A stretch of DNA of 64,000 nt from Kiritimatiellia bacterium (GTDB taxonomy: Bacteria; Verrucomicrobiota; Kiritimatiellia; RFP12; UBA1067). The notes beneath the pieces were generated by a model. It worked only from the letters and a program-made list of their open reading frames with translations, was not told the DNA's origin and did no database searches. Positions 52,680 to 63,000 of the stretch are shown in pieces. Each line of letters starts with the position of its first letter. Position 1 is the stretch's first letter. The position numbers were made by a program, and so were the translations under genes. The stretch lies in contig JAVEYH010000004.1 in the NCBI GenBank assembly GCA_034003585.1, positions 16,488 through 80,487 on the forward strand. Direction: 5' to 3'.

Positions 52680-53936
52680 TCACAAGAGTTCCTCACACTT
52701 TTTCCGCAACGCCTCGGCGATCAGTTGGTAGGCCTCGCCCGACCAGTGGTACTGGTCCCCGGCGGCGAGATCCAGGCGGTCCTGCAGTAGCGCGTAGAGA
52801 TCGACCCGCTCGATCTTCTCTTCCCGCACGACCTGATCCGCCAGCGTGTTGATCCGGAGGACAACGGGGTTCAACTCGCCCAGCCCGGTGACCGGACGCC
52901 CTCTCGCGGTGTGCGGTGTGGTCGCGGCCCAAACCAGCTTGGCCTTCGGGGCGCCTTTGCGGAACGCCCGGATCATGTTGCGCACCACTTCCCGGATCTG
53001 CTCGTCGGTCACCTTGTCCGGCGTCCACTGCAGCGAATGCAGCCCGTTGTTGAACACGATGATGTCGAACGGCGCGACCGACGCCGCGGCCTCGAACGCG
53101 GCGGCCGGGAAGTGGCCGACCCCGCCGACAAAGTGGCACCAGTGGTAGCAATGGGCCTTGTCTTTCAGGAGCGCGGTGAAGCGGTCGCCGTATCCCATCG
53201 AGATCGAATCACCGTAGTACAGGATGCGCGGCAGCGGCCTGTCGGGCCTGACCGGCAGGCGCACCAGCCACCCCTTGCCGCCGACGTAGCCGTTCTTCAT
53301 CGTGTCCGCCGACTCACCGGGCAGATAATACTTCCGGTCCGGGCCGTACACCTTCAGTGAGAGGACCTCATAGTTCGCGATGCGCGCCTGGCCCTTCCGG
53401 GGCGGCGTGCGGCCGACCCATACGGGCGCGAGGTTCGGCGTGACGCGCAGCAGATACTGCGGCCCGGCCGCGCCATTCTGATAAACGGCCACCGCACCGT
53501 CGCGAACAGCGAACACCAGCCGCCAGACCTGGTTGCTGGAAGCGCGGAAACTGTTGCGCGCGTAGGCGATGCCGTTGACTGTGGCGGTCAGCGGGCTGCC
53601 CACGCGCCCCCATTTCAGCGCCTCCAGGGCGAACCCGGTGTCCGAAACGCGCTGATCGAGCAAACACAGGGCACCCGGCTCCTCCAGTTCGTTGAAGCGG
53701 ACCGCCATCTCGATGGTGAAACAGGAGGGATCCGGGATGGCGCGGTTGGGGATGGCGAAGGCACTCGCGCCATCCATCCGCACCCGTCCCTCGACACGCT
53801 CAATTCGTCCGGTTGTCGCGGCGAACGGCGAGGCCGCCAGATCCCACAGCGGAACCGGCGCGCGGTCCGGTTGCGCAAAAACGGTCCCTGTCAGCGCGGC
53901 CAGCACCGCGCCCGCCCCAAGCATCCCTCTTTTCAT
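52680..53936 (-). CDS. Secreted SGNH/GDSL-family hydrolase with N-terminal LamG/concanavalin-like domain
   Basis: ATG 53936. Signal peptide MKRGMLGAGAVLAALTGTVFA. GDSIS block (YYGDSISMGYG). C-terminal D-x-x-H-region motif (DQYHWSGEAYQ). Confidence 0.65.
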   Translation of the reverse strand: MKRGMLGAGAVLAALTGTVFAQPDRAPVPLWDLAASPFAATTGRIERVEGRVRMDGASAFAIPNRAIPDPSCFTIEMAVRFNELEEPGALCLLDQRVSDTGFALEALKWGRVGSPLTATVNGIAYARNSFRASSNQVWRLVFAVRDGAVAVYQNGAAGPQYLLRVTPNLAPVWVGRTPPRKGQARIANYEVLSLKVYGPDRKYYLPGESADTMKNGYVGGKGWLVRLPVRPDRPLPRILYYGDSISMGYGDRFTALLKDKAHCYHWCHFVGGVGHFPAAAFEAAASVAPFDIIVFNNGLHSLQWTPDKVTDEQIREVVRNMIRAFRKGAPKAKLVWAATTPHTARGRPVTGLGELNPVVLRINTLADQVVREEKIERVDLYALLQDRLDLAAGDQYHWSGEAYQLIAEALRKKCEELL

Positions 53937-54042
53937 AACGCTATCCCCGTTCCGGGCATGCGTCCGCATGCGCCGGAGATGAATGAAAGATATTGAATCA
54001 ACGATACTACAGCCTCCGGCAGCGCACAAGGGAAGAAACCGT

Positions 54043-55449
54043 TCATGAAACCGGGACTTCCGCGGAACCCAAGTCCAACGGCGCGTTGGTTTGCCATGCG
54101 CCGCGGGTGAAATCAGGAATCTCGGCGGCTGCCGAGCGGTGAGACACGGAATACTCGCTCAGCGGCGCGATGCAGCTCCACGAGGCGGCGTCATAGACAT
54201 CCTGGTCGAGGGGCCGGCCGTTACGCAGACAATCGATCAGCCGCCAGTCCATGAGAAAATCCATGCCGCCGTGTCCGCCCACCTGTTTGGCGAGCGCACC
54301 CACTTTTTTGACGAGTTCAGGGGTATACCGCTCCTCCAGTTTCTGCATCTCCTCCGGTTTCAGCCAATGATGCCCGCCCAGCGCGATGCGCGGCGGCAAC
54401 GGCCATTTCATGGCAACCGCCTTGGTGCCCTGCACCAGGTGCGTGCGGGAGTAGGGACGGGGCGTGGTGACATCGTGCTGCGACAGGATGGTCCTTCCTT
54501 TGACCGTATGCACCATTGTGTTATTCATGTTGCCCCGGTATGACTTGCCGGCAAACGGCTTGTAAAACGCATCCGTGGCAGCCAGCTCATCAATCATGCG
54601 CGCCATCACGAAATCGGCGGACTGCATGGACACCAGATAGTCCATCCGGTCGCCGCGATTGATGTTCATGATCTGGCAGATCGGCCCCATGCCATGGGTC
54701 GGATAGAGGTTCCCGTTGCGCGCCTCTTCCTTAAGCCGCCACATCTCCGCATAGTACGTCTTGTCCAGATAGAGCGGCCGATTGAAATGCAGATAACTGC
54801 CTTCCCCGTGAATGATCTCGCCAAACAGCCCCTGCCGCGCCATATTCAGCGTCAGCAGTTCGAAGAAGTCGTAGCAACAGTTTTCCAGCATCATGCAGTG
54901 CTTGCGGGTGCGTTCCGAGACCTCAACCAACTGCCAGCACTCCTCCACCGTTTTTCCCGCGGGCACCTCCACGGCCACGTGCTTGCCGCACTTCATGGCA
55001 TAGACCGCCATCGGCGTGTGCAGGGCCCAGGGCGTACAGAAATAAACCAGGTCGATGTCGGGCGACTCGCAAACCGCCTTCCATCGCTCGCTGCTGCCCG
55101 CGTAGCCTTTGGCCGGAGGGAATCCTTTTTTGGAGATGATCTGCTGGCAAGCGTCGACCCGGTCTTGATACAGGTCACTGAACGCCGCGAATTTCACGCC
55201 CTCCAGAAAGGTGAAGCGCTCCACCGCGCCGACGCCGCGCCCGCCGAATCCGCCGCCGCGCGCGCCCACGCCGATGAAGCCGATCCGGATCTGGCCGATC
55301 TTCGGCGCGGCGTAGCCGCACATGTTGAAGGGTTGCGTTTGCGGCGGTTGCGGCGGTTGCCTGCGCATGCCGGCCCGCAGTTCGCCAGCCGCAAACATCC
55401 CCGTGCCGCACATCGCCGTTTTCAAAAAGGACCGCCGTTTCTGCTTCAT
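54043..55449 (-). CDS. TAT-secreted Gfo/Idh/MocA-family oxidoreductase
   Basis: GGGAGGAAAGT SD. Twin-arginine signal MKQKRRSFLKTAMCGTGMFAAG. Rossmann fold IRIGFIGVGARGG. Confidence 0.85.
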   Translation of the reverse strand: MKQKRRSFLKTAMCGTGMFAAGELRAGMRRQPPQPPQTQPFNMCGYAAPKIGQIRIGFIGVGARGGGFGGRGVGAVERFTFLEGVKFAAFSDLYQDRVDACQQIISKKGFPPAKGYAGSSERWKAVCESPDIDLVYFCTPWALHTPMAVYAMKCGKHVAVEVPAGKTVEECWQLVEVSERTRKHCMMLENCCYDFFELLTLNMARQGLFGEIIHGEGSYLHFNRPLYLDKTYYAEMWRLKEEARNGNLYPTHGMGPICQIMNINRGDRMDYLVSMQSADFVMARMIDELAATDAFYKPFAGKSYRGNMNNTMVHTVKGRTILSQHDVTTPRPYSRTHLVQGTKAVAMKWPLPPRIALGGHHWLKPEEMQKLEERYTPELVKKVGALAKQVGGHGGMDFLMDWRLIDCLRNGRPLDQDVYDAASWSCIAPLSEYSVSHRSAAAEIPDFTRGAWQTNAPLDLGSAEVPVS

Positions 55450-55585
55450 ACTTTCCTCCCTTGTTCACATCATATCATTTCCCCGTTTCCTATAAAAAGC
55501 CGGATTCACGCAGAACAACTATCAGAAAAACAAACTTGCGCGTTTCGCCAAGACGCCGTTTATGCGCTATAGACCCGGCGCGTAA

Positions 55586-55688
55586 GGAATAAGGGCAGGA
55601 AACGCCGGGGTCGGCATCGGAACCGGTATCGGCAGCCAAAGGGGTTTTCGACCCCGATTCCGATACCGGCCCCGAACCGTTCCAAGAC
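55586..55688 (+). repeat. Hairpin-forming intergenic repeat, copy R1 (family shared with 59714..59812 and 63313..63396)
   Basis: GGGGTCGGCATCGGAACCGGTATCGG-CAGCCAAAGGGGTTTTCGA-CCCCGATTCCGATACCGGCCCCG…TTCCAAGAC. The arms are an imperfect inverted repeat. Confidence 0.55.
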
Positions 55689-55819
55689 CCGTTGGTGACC
55701 CGCGCGATGACCTTTGCCATCCTGCGCACATGAACCTGACAGGCGGCAGCGACGTTTGATATTCTGGACCAACGGAATCCTTCCGGCGGTCCGGGCGGTT
55801 TCCTCGAAAGGAGCACATC

Positions 55820-56935
55820 ATGAGAAAGCGGTTGGTTTCGTTTCTGGCGATGATGACGGGGTTGGCGGCGTGGGCCGGAGCGCAACCGCTCGGTCCGGAG
55901 CGGATGACGGAGGTGAGGGCTTCGGTCCGCAAAGGACTCGGCTGGCTCGCGGCGCAGCAGAAACCCGGCGGATTCTGGTCGGACGACAAGATGCCGGCCC
56001 TGACCGCGCTGCCGCTATGGGCGATCGCCGGCGCCGGCGAGAGCGCGTTCCGGGAGGAGGCCGACCGCGCGGTGGCCTACCTGTTGTCCAAACAGCAGCC
56101 GGACGGCGGCATTTACACCCCCATGCCCGGGCGGAAAGGCGGCGGACTCGGCAATTACAACACCTCCATCTGCGTGGCGGCGCTGCACGCCACCGGGCGG
56201 CGCGAGGTCATGCCCGCGGTCCTGAAGGCCCGTACCTACATCGCGTCCTCGCAGCACACGGGCGACGACTGGCATGCGGGCGGGTTCGGGTACGACAAAG
56301 ACGCGGGGCGGCGCTATTCCGATCTGAACAATACCCATTTCTCCCTCGACGCCATGCGGCGCACCCAGAGCGCCGAGGAGTTCCGTCCCGCGGGCGTGAA
56401 GCGCGCGGACATCAACTGGGACGCGGCCCTCCGCTATGCCCTTCAGTTGCAGAACACCGAGGGCGAGACCGCTGGCGGGTTCGCCTACAACACGCAGGAT
56501 CCGAAAGGCGGCGTTTCCACCAACGCCGCGGGCCGCGTGATGCTGCGCGCGTACGGCAGCATGTCGTACGCGGGGCTGCTCTCGCTGATCCACGCGCAAC
56601 TCGACAAACAGGATCCGCGCGTGCGTTCGGTCGTGGCGTACGGCTCGCGCTTCTGGACCCTGGAGGAGAATCCCGGCCAGGGTCAACAGGGGCTGTATTT
56701 CTACTACAACGTCGTCTCGCGCGCGCTCAGCGCCGCAGGTCTCGACGCGCTGCCGAAACACGCCGCGCCGGGCGAGATCCGCTGGCGCGAGGATCTCGTC
56801 CGCAAGCTGATGGCCCTGCAGCGGCCCGACGGCTCCTGGGTCAATGAGAACAACCGCTGGTGGGAGAACGACCCGGTGCTGGCCACCGCCTACTCGTTGC
56901 TGGCTTTGGAATTCGCCTCGGGCCTGACACGGTGA
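55820..56935 (+). CDS. Secreted prenyltransferase/squalene-oxidase-repeat (terpenoid-cyclase-like alpha/alpha toroid) protein
   Basis: AAAGGAGCA SD. Signal peptide MRKRLVSFLAMMTGLAAWAGA. Repeated QxxDGGW/F motifs (QQKPGGFW, QQPDGGIY, QRPDGSW). Confidence 0.65.
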   Translation: MRKRLVSFLAMMTGLAAWAGAQPLGPERMTEVRASVRKGLGWLAAQQKPGGFWSDDKMPALTALPLWAIAGAGESAFREEADRAVAYLLSKQQPDGGIYTPMPGRKGGGLGNYNTSICVAALHATGRREVMPAVLKARTYIASSQHTGDDWHAGGFGYDKDAGRRYSDLNNTHFSLDAMRRTQSAEEFRPAGVKRADINWDAALRYALQLQNTEGETAGGFAYNTQDPKGGVSTNAAGRVMLRAYGSMSYAGLLSLIHAQLDKQDPRVRSVVAYGSRFWTLEENPGQGQQGLYFYYNVVSRALSAAGLDALPKHAAPGEIRWREDLVRKLMALQRPDGSWVNENNRWWENDPVLATAYSLLALEFASGLTR

Positions 56936-56959
56936 CGCGGCGGCGGGCGCCGCGCGGCC

Positions 56960-59143
56960 TCACGCCTTGAGGCGCGCGGTCAGCGTGGTCCGGCGCTCGC
57001 GGACCTGGTTGGCCTTGATCGCGATGGCGACGGCGCGGGAGGAGCCGACCACCAGCACCAGCCGTTTGCCGCGCGTGATGGCGGTGTAGAGCAGGTTGCG
57101 CTGCAGCAGCTTGTAATGTTGCGTGTGCATCAGAACGATCACCGCCGGGTACTCGCTGCCCTGCGACTTATGGATCGAGCAGGCGTAGGCGAGGACCAGC
57201 TCGTCGAGTTCGCTTTGCGCATAGGCCACGGGCCGGCCGTCGAACAGCACGGTCAGCGAACGGTCCTCCGCGTCCACCTCGCGGATGAAGCCGATGTCGC
57301 CGTTGAACACTTCTTTGTCGTAATTGTTGCGGAGCTGCATCACGCGGTCGCCGCGGCGGAAGCCCGAGGCCCCGCGCATCAAAGTGGGCCCGTCGGGATT
57401 GAGCGCCGCCTGGATCACCTCGTTCAGGTTTTCGGTGCCGAGCAGATTCCTGCGCATGGGGGTCAGGACCTGCACTTCGGTCAGCGGATCGAACCCGAAC
57501 TTGCGGGGGATCCGTTGCGTCATGAGCTCGAGCGTGCGCGCGATGATCCGGTCCGGTTCGCTGGTTTCGACAAAATAGAAGTCGCTCTCGCCGCCGCGGG
57601 TCTCGAACGGTTCGCCGCGGTTGACACGGTGCGCGTTGCGCACGATCAGTCCGGAGGTGTCCTGACGGAAGATCGTGTCCAGCCGGCAGAAGGGGATCAT
57701 GCCGGAAGCGATCAGATCGCGCAGGACATTGCCGGGACCGACGCTCGGCAACTGGTCGGTATCGCCCACCAGAATCAGGGTGACGGCATGCGGCAGGGCC
57801 TGCAAAAACTGATCCATCAGGCGGATGTCGATCATCGAGGTCTCGTCCAGAATGAAGCAGTCGCCCGTCATGGGGTTCTCGTCGTTGAACTCGAACCGGC
57901 CCTGACTCGGGTTGAACTTCATCAGGCGGTGGAGGGTCTGGGCCTCGCGGCCGGTGGCCTCGGACATACGTTTGGCGGCGCGGCCGGTCGGCGCGGCCAG
58001 GCGCACATCGAGTTTGCGCGCCCCGAAGATCTCGGTGAGGGCGCGGATGATCGTGGTCTTGCCGACGCCCGGGCCGCCGGTGATGATCGAGACCTTCGCG
58101 TTCAGGGCGTTGCACAGGGCCTCGCGCTGGAGCGGCGCGAGGCGGATCCCCATTTTGTTTTCCGCCCACGCCAGCGCCTTGCCGGTATCGATCGGCCTGA
58201 AGGGCCGCGGCGCGTCGAGAAGCAGACGCAGTTTGGCGGCCACCCGGGTTTCGGCCCGGCAGAGATCCCGCAGATAGACGCGGTTCTCCTCTTTCACCAG
58301 TGAGCCCTTCTCGTATTCCTGCGCCAGGGCCCCGGCGAGGATCTCCACCGAGATGTCCAGCATCTCCTGGGCGTGCAGCAGCAGGTCGGCGTCCACCGTG
58401 AAACAGTGACCGCCGTCTTCGGCCTCCGTGCGCAGGGTATGGATCAGGCCCGCGCACGCGCGCAGCTCGGAATCGTGCGGGATGCCCACGCTGAGCGCGA
58501 TGGCGTCCGCGCTTTTGAACCCGATGCCCCAGACATCCTCGCAGAGCCGGTAGGGGTTGCGCTTGACGACGGCGATGGAATCGGCGCCGTACTGCCGGTA
58601 GATGCGGGAGGCCTTGGCCGTGCCGATGCCGTGGGACTGCAGGAAGATCATGATTTCGCGCACGCCGCGTTGCTCGGTCCACGATTCCTTGATGAGCTTG
58701 CGCCGGCCTTCGCCGATGCCTTCCACCTCACGCAGGCGGCCGGATTCGCGGTCAATGACATCCAGCGTCTGCTCGCCAAACCGGTCCACGATGCGTTTGG
58801 CGAAGGTGGGGCCGATCCCCTTGATCATGCCGCTCGCCAGATAGCGGCGCAACCCCTCGACCGAGGTGGGCGTGATGCAGGTGATGACGCGCGCCTGAAA
58901 CTGTTGGCCGTGGGATTTGTGGCGGACCCACACGCCTTCGGCGTGCAGTTCCTCTCCCTCCCAGACCGCGGCACAGGTCCCGACCACGGTCACGAGTTCG
59001 TCGCGGCCCCGCAGACGCGACTGCGGCCGGATATGACAGACCGTATACCCGTTCTCGTCATTGCGGTAGACGATGGACTCCACGGTGCCGGTCACGCTCT
59101 CTTCCGCTGCGGATTCTTGAGGGTTCTGTGTCGGGACAGTCAT
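56960..59143 (-). CDS. recD2: ATP-dependent RecD-like DNA helicase (RecD2 type)
   Basis: N-terminal domain + helix-hairpin-helix. Walker A GGPGVGKTT. SF1 motifs (LILVGDTDQLPSVGPG, …SIHKSQGSEYPAVIV). Length ~727 aa, as in RecD2. Confidence 0.85.
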   Translation of the reverse strand: MTVPTQNPQESAAEESVTGTVESIVYRNDENGYTVCHIRPQSRLRGRDELVTVVGTCAAVWEGEELHAEGVWVRHKSHGQQFQARVITCITPTSVEGLRRYLASGMIKGIGPTFAKRIVDRFGEQTLDVIDRESGRLREVEGIGEGRRKLIKESWTEQRGVREIMIFLQSHGIGTAKASRIYRQYGADSIAVVKRNPYRLCEDVWGIGFKSADAIALSVGIPHDSELRACAGLIHTLRTEAEDGGHCFTVDADLLLHAQEMLDISVEILAGALAQEYEKGSLVKEENRVYLRDLCRAETRVAAKLRLLLDAPRPFRPIDTGKALAWAENKMGIRLAPLQREALCNALNAKVSIITGGPGVGKTTIIRALTEIFGARKLDVRLAAPTGRAAKRMSEATGREAQTLHRLMKFNPSQGRFEFNDENPMTGDCFILDETSMIDIRLMDQFLQALPHAVTLILVGDTDQLPSVGPGNVLRDLIASGMIPFCRLDTIFRQDTSGLIVRNAHRVNRGEPFETRGGESDFYFVETSEPDRIIARTLELMTQRIPRKFGFDPLTEVQVLTPMRRNLLGTENLNEVIQAALNPDGPTLMRGASGFRRGDRVMQLRNNYDKEVFNGDIGFIREVDAEDRSLTVLFDGRPVAYAQSELDELVLAYACSIHKSQGSEYPAVIVLMHTQHYKLLQRNLLYTAITRGKRLVLVVGSSRAVAIAIKANQVRERRTTLTARLKA

Positions 59144-59161
59144 GGAAAACCCACCACGGAA

Positions 59162-59512
59162 TCAGGCGTACGGGAGGATCACGGCGGCGAGGACCAGCGG
59201 CGCGGCGCCGGGGTTCTCCACACCGTGCTCGCCGCCCTTGCCGGTGAGCACGGCGTCGCCCGCGGCGACCGGGATGGCACGGCCGTTTTCCAGAATCAGC
59301 CCCTGTCCGGAGAGCACGAGGTAAATCTCATCCTCCGCCTCGTGCCGATGGGTGCCGATCGAACCGCCCGGCGGGATCACCAGGCGCGCGCAGAGGCGCG
59401 CCTTGGCGCCGAACGCCTCCGGCCGGAACCAGTGCTCGACCTGCACGGTGCCGGTGCCGCCGCGCATGTTCTCGCGCCGTTCCACCTCCCGCTCTTGATC
59501 GCGTGTGATCAT
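59162..59512 (-). CDS. Cupin-domain protein
   Basis: ATG 59512 with GGAAAAGGGGG SD. His-containing cupin motifs (GGSIGTHRHEAEDEIYLVLSG…GGEHGVEN). Confidence 0.65.
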   Translation of the reverse strand: MITRDQEREVERRENMRGGTGTVQVEHWFRPEAFGAKARLCARLVIPPGGSIGTHRHEAEDEIYLVLSGQGLILENGRAIPVAAGDAVLTGKGGEHGVENPGAAPLVLAAVILPYA

Positions 59513-59643
59513 CCTTGCCCCCTTTTCCGCGCGTGTCCGCACTTCGCGGCACTGCGGGGCCTGACCCCGCCTGCCGTGATCCGGAATATACCATAACCCC
59601 GCAAACGGTCAACCGGCCCATTCCGCATCCGCGGCGAAGGGGT

Positions 59644-59926
59644 GCATCCCCGTTTCCCTGACTCCCGTCAACGAGTCGCGCGGGGATGCAGCCATTCACA
59701 TAATGCGGCGATTGGCCTCTCGGGTTCGGCGTCGGGTTCGGCATCGGGACCGAAAACCCTTTGGCTGATGAACCCGATTCCGAACCCGACCCCGACGCCG
59801 ACGCCGAGGGTTCCGTCATCAGCAGGATTGCCGGCATGGATGGCCGCGAGACCGCACCCGTTCACAGCGAAGCGGCACACGTTCCCGTACACGGGGAACC
59901 GGGCGGAGTCAGGGAAACGGGGATGC
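59644..59926. mobile_element. MITE-like non-autonomous element (~283 bp): perfect 22-bp terminal inverted repeats flanking a copy (R2, reverse orientation) of the hairpin repeat
   Basis: The TIR GCATCCCCGTTTCCCTGACTCC at 59644..59665 is exactly reverse-complemented at 59905..59926. The internal core 59714..59812 is homologous to R1 and R3. No transposase gene is present. Confidence 0.4.
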
Positions 59927-60069
59927 GCCTGAATCTGACTTGCAGGATCACGATTGTTTGATATATAAACGAACGGTCTCACAAAATTCTAAAAAAAGCC
60001 GGAAGGGGAAATCTGCATCTCCGGTTGGATGGGGGGAACAAGAAAGTGGCATCTGAGAAACTGAGGCGT

Positions 60070-63000
60070 ATGTCTCTACTCTGCGCGAGACGTAAAGAAA
60101 TTGTGTTCGCAACCGTAGTCGCTGCGGTGTGGTCGAATTTCGCGGCGACGATTGAGGTCAAGCCTGGCGACGGGACGATCGCCGCGGCGGTGGAGAAACT
60201 GCGCGTGCTCCGCGCCGGGCAACCTGATGAGCCGGTTACGGTCCGACTCGCCGGCGGCGTCTATGAACTCGCGGGCACGATCCGGCTCACGGCGAAGGAC
60301 GCGACCGCTCCGGTCCTTTTTACGGCGGCGGACGGTGCGGAGGTCCTCGTGTCCGGCGGACGGTGTTTGAAGGGCGGGCGTGTCGATGGCGGCGTCGTCA
60401 AATTTCCGGTGCCGGAATGGAAAAACGGCTCGTGGAAGATCGAGCAGCTCTATATCAACGGACGGCGCGCGCTCCGTCCCTCTGTGCCAGAGAATCAGTA
60501 CTTCTATCCTGAGGGGCGTATCGACGATCCGGAGGACGCCGAGAAGGCGAAGGCCGACGCTGCGAAGGGCAATCCGCGCAAAGTCAAAGCCGCGTACGAC
60601 CGCTTCATCGCCGCGCCGGGACAGATCCCGGAGGAATGGAAAGGTGTCGAGGTGATCGTGCCGCACGGCTGGGTGATCACTCGCGCGCGGATCAAAAGCT
60701 ACAATCCGGCCACGCGCGAGACCGTCATCGACGGCGGACGCCCCGGCTATATGCACGACATCACGACCGACCGGCACTATCGCCTCGAGAATGTGAAGGC
60801 GGCGTTCGGCAAGCCCGGCGAGTGGTACGCCGACACCGGGTCCGGCGAGATTTTCTACACGCCGCTCAAGACGGAGAAGGCGGATTCGCTCGAAGTCGTC
60901 GCGCCGCGGCTCCACACACTGTTCGTGGTCGAGGGAGACCCCGCCTCGAACCGTAAGGCCGGCAACATCACCTTCGAGAAGATCACCTTTGCCCACACCG
61001 CGTTCGTGCTGCCTGACGGCGGCTGCGCCGATCACCAGGCGAGTCTTGACCACGCCGGGGCAATCGTCGCGCGCTTCGCGGACAATGTCGTTGTTCAGGA
61101 CTGCGACATCCGTCGTACCGGCGGCTGGGGCGTGAAGTTCGAAGGCGGCTGTACAGGATGCGCCGTGCGCGACTCGCGGCTTTTCGACCTCGGCGCGGGC
61201 GGTGTCGAGATCGGTTCGCCGAAACGCGGCATCCGGAAAAACAACCGCGCGGAATACACGGAGCGCTGCGCGGTGGAGCGGTGCTTCATTGAGTGCGGCG
61301 GACGCGTCCATCCGGCGGCGATCGGCGTCGCCGTGACGCTCGCGGGGCACAACCTCGTCTCGCACAACACGATCCGCGACTTTTATTACAGCGCGGTCAG
61401 CGTCGGGCACGACTGGGGCGACGGCAATCCCGCCGCGGCCGGCAATATCGTCGAGTGGAACCACATCTACGACATCGGCCAGCGTGTCCTCTCCGACCTC
61501 GCCGCGGTTTACACGCTCGGCGAGCAGCCCGGCACCGAGATCCGGAACAACCTGATCCACGACGTCTGGACGGCCCGTTATGGCGCGCAGGGCGTCTATC
61601 TCGACCAGGGATCGAAATACATCACCGTCTCGAACAACGTCATCGTCCGTGCGCTGGAGGCGTCGTTCTCCAGCGCGGCCGGCGCGTGCGGACACAACCT
61701 TTTCGCGAACAACATCTTCATGTTCCCGCGCCGCTACGCCGCGTGGCTCTATTCCGAGAAGGATTACGGGAATTGGATGCCGAAACACAGGCACAGCCCC
61801 GGCCACCAGCTCTTCATCGAGCGCAACATCTTCCTCGGCGACGAGAATCTCAAGGGCATGTTCCCCGCGGAAGGGCGCCAGCCGCTTTCCGACCGCATCC
61901 ACTTCAAGGGCAACACGTGGTGGAACATTGGCTGGCCGGAGGATTTCAAGTTCAGTTCGTGGACGAAGGGGACCAACGTCCTTGACGTCGTCACCGAGGA
62001 CGATCCCCCGGAAGCGTTCTACCAGTCGCCGAAACAGTGGCGCGACCGTCTGCGGCTGAAGGTTCCGTCAGAGGACGTGGCGAACTTCCTTGCGAAGACA
62101 GACGGCGATGTCGTGGCCGATCCGCTTCTCGCGATGCCGTATGGCAGCGAGGCGTTCCTCTTCCCCGCGCCGGACTCGCCGGCCGTCAAAAACGGGTTCG
62201 TTCCGTTCGACCTTTCGCGCGAGGTCGGTGCCGGGAAGCCGCACGCGAAGGGCAAGCCGCGCATGACGCGGCCGGAGAACGCGACACAGACCTTCCCTCG
62301 CGCGCCCCTCAGTCCGTCCGCCCAGAGAACGCTCGCGAAAGCGGAGTCTGCGGCAAAAGACACGCTCCGGCTGATCGTCTTCAAACAACGGTTCACCGGC
62401 GGCGGTGCCGGATTCGCGCTTCTCTTCCGCACGCCAAACGGGAAGAACTATCTCTTCGACGCCGGCAACGGAGGCAACTGCGTTGTGCCGTTCAGTTGCG
62501 GCCGCGACGAGATCGACCATTATCTATACGAGCACGACATCCGCAAGCTGGACGGCGTGATCGTCTCGCATTCGCACGGGGACCATTTCGGCGGCCTCAT
62601 CTGGCTCGCTGACAAATACAAGGCGGACAAGTTCTGGGATTCGGGCTACACCTTCCCGGGATCGGACGGCGCGGGCGAGGATGGCTGGGCGAAGATTCTT
62701 CGCGAGAAGATGCTCCGCTTCCATCCGGACATGGCTTGTATCAAGGTCCGCCGCGGGGACAAGATGGACTGGGACGCCGATTTGGACGTAACCGTCATCA
62801 ATCCGCCGCCGGGCGCCGGCATCCCCGTTCTGGATAACGACAAGCGCCCAAAGAACGACACCCCGGGCCACCACCTGCTCAACGCGAACGCGATCGGGAT
62901 TCGCGTCAAGTTCAAGGACGTCGTGTTCCAGGTGAACGGTGATATCCAGGAGGACTACGCCCACGAGCACCTCTTCCCGTTTATCAGGGAGGCGTACGCC

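Noticed and set aside
56960-59512. RecD2 helicase + cupin as a possible defence module
   Set aside because: The helicase has canonical RecD2 length and domain order with no fused nuclease, and no adjacent ATPase/nuclease partner. It is most simply housekeeping.
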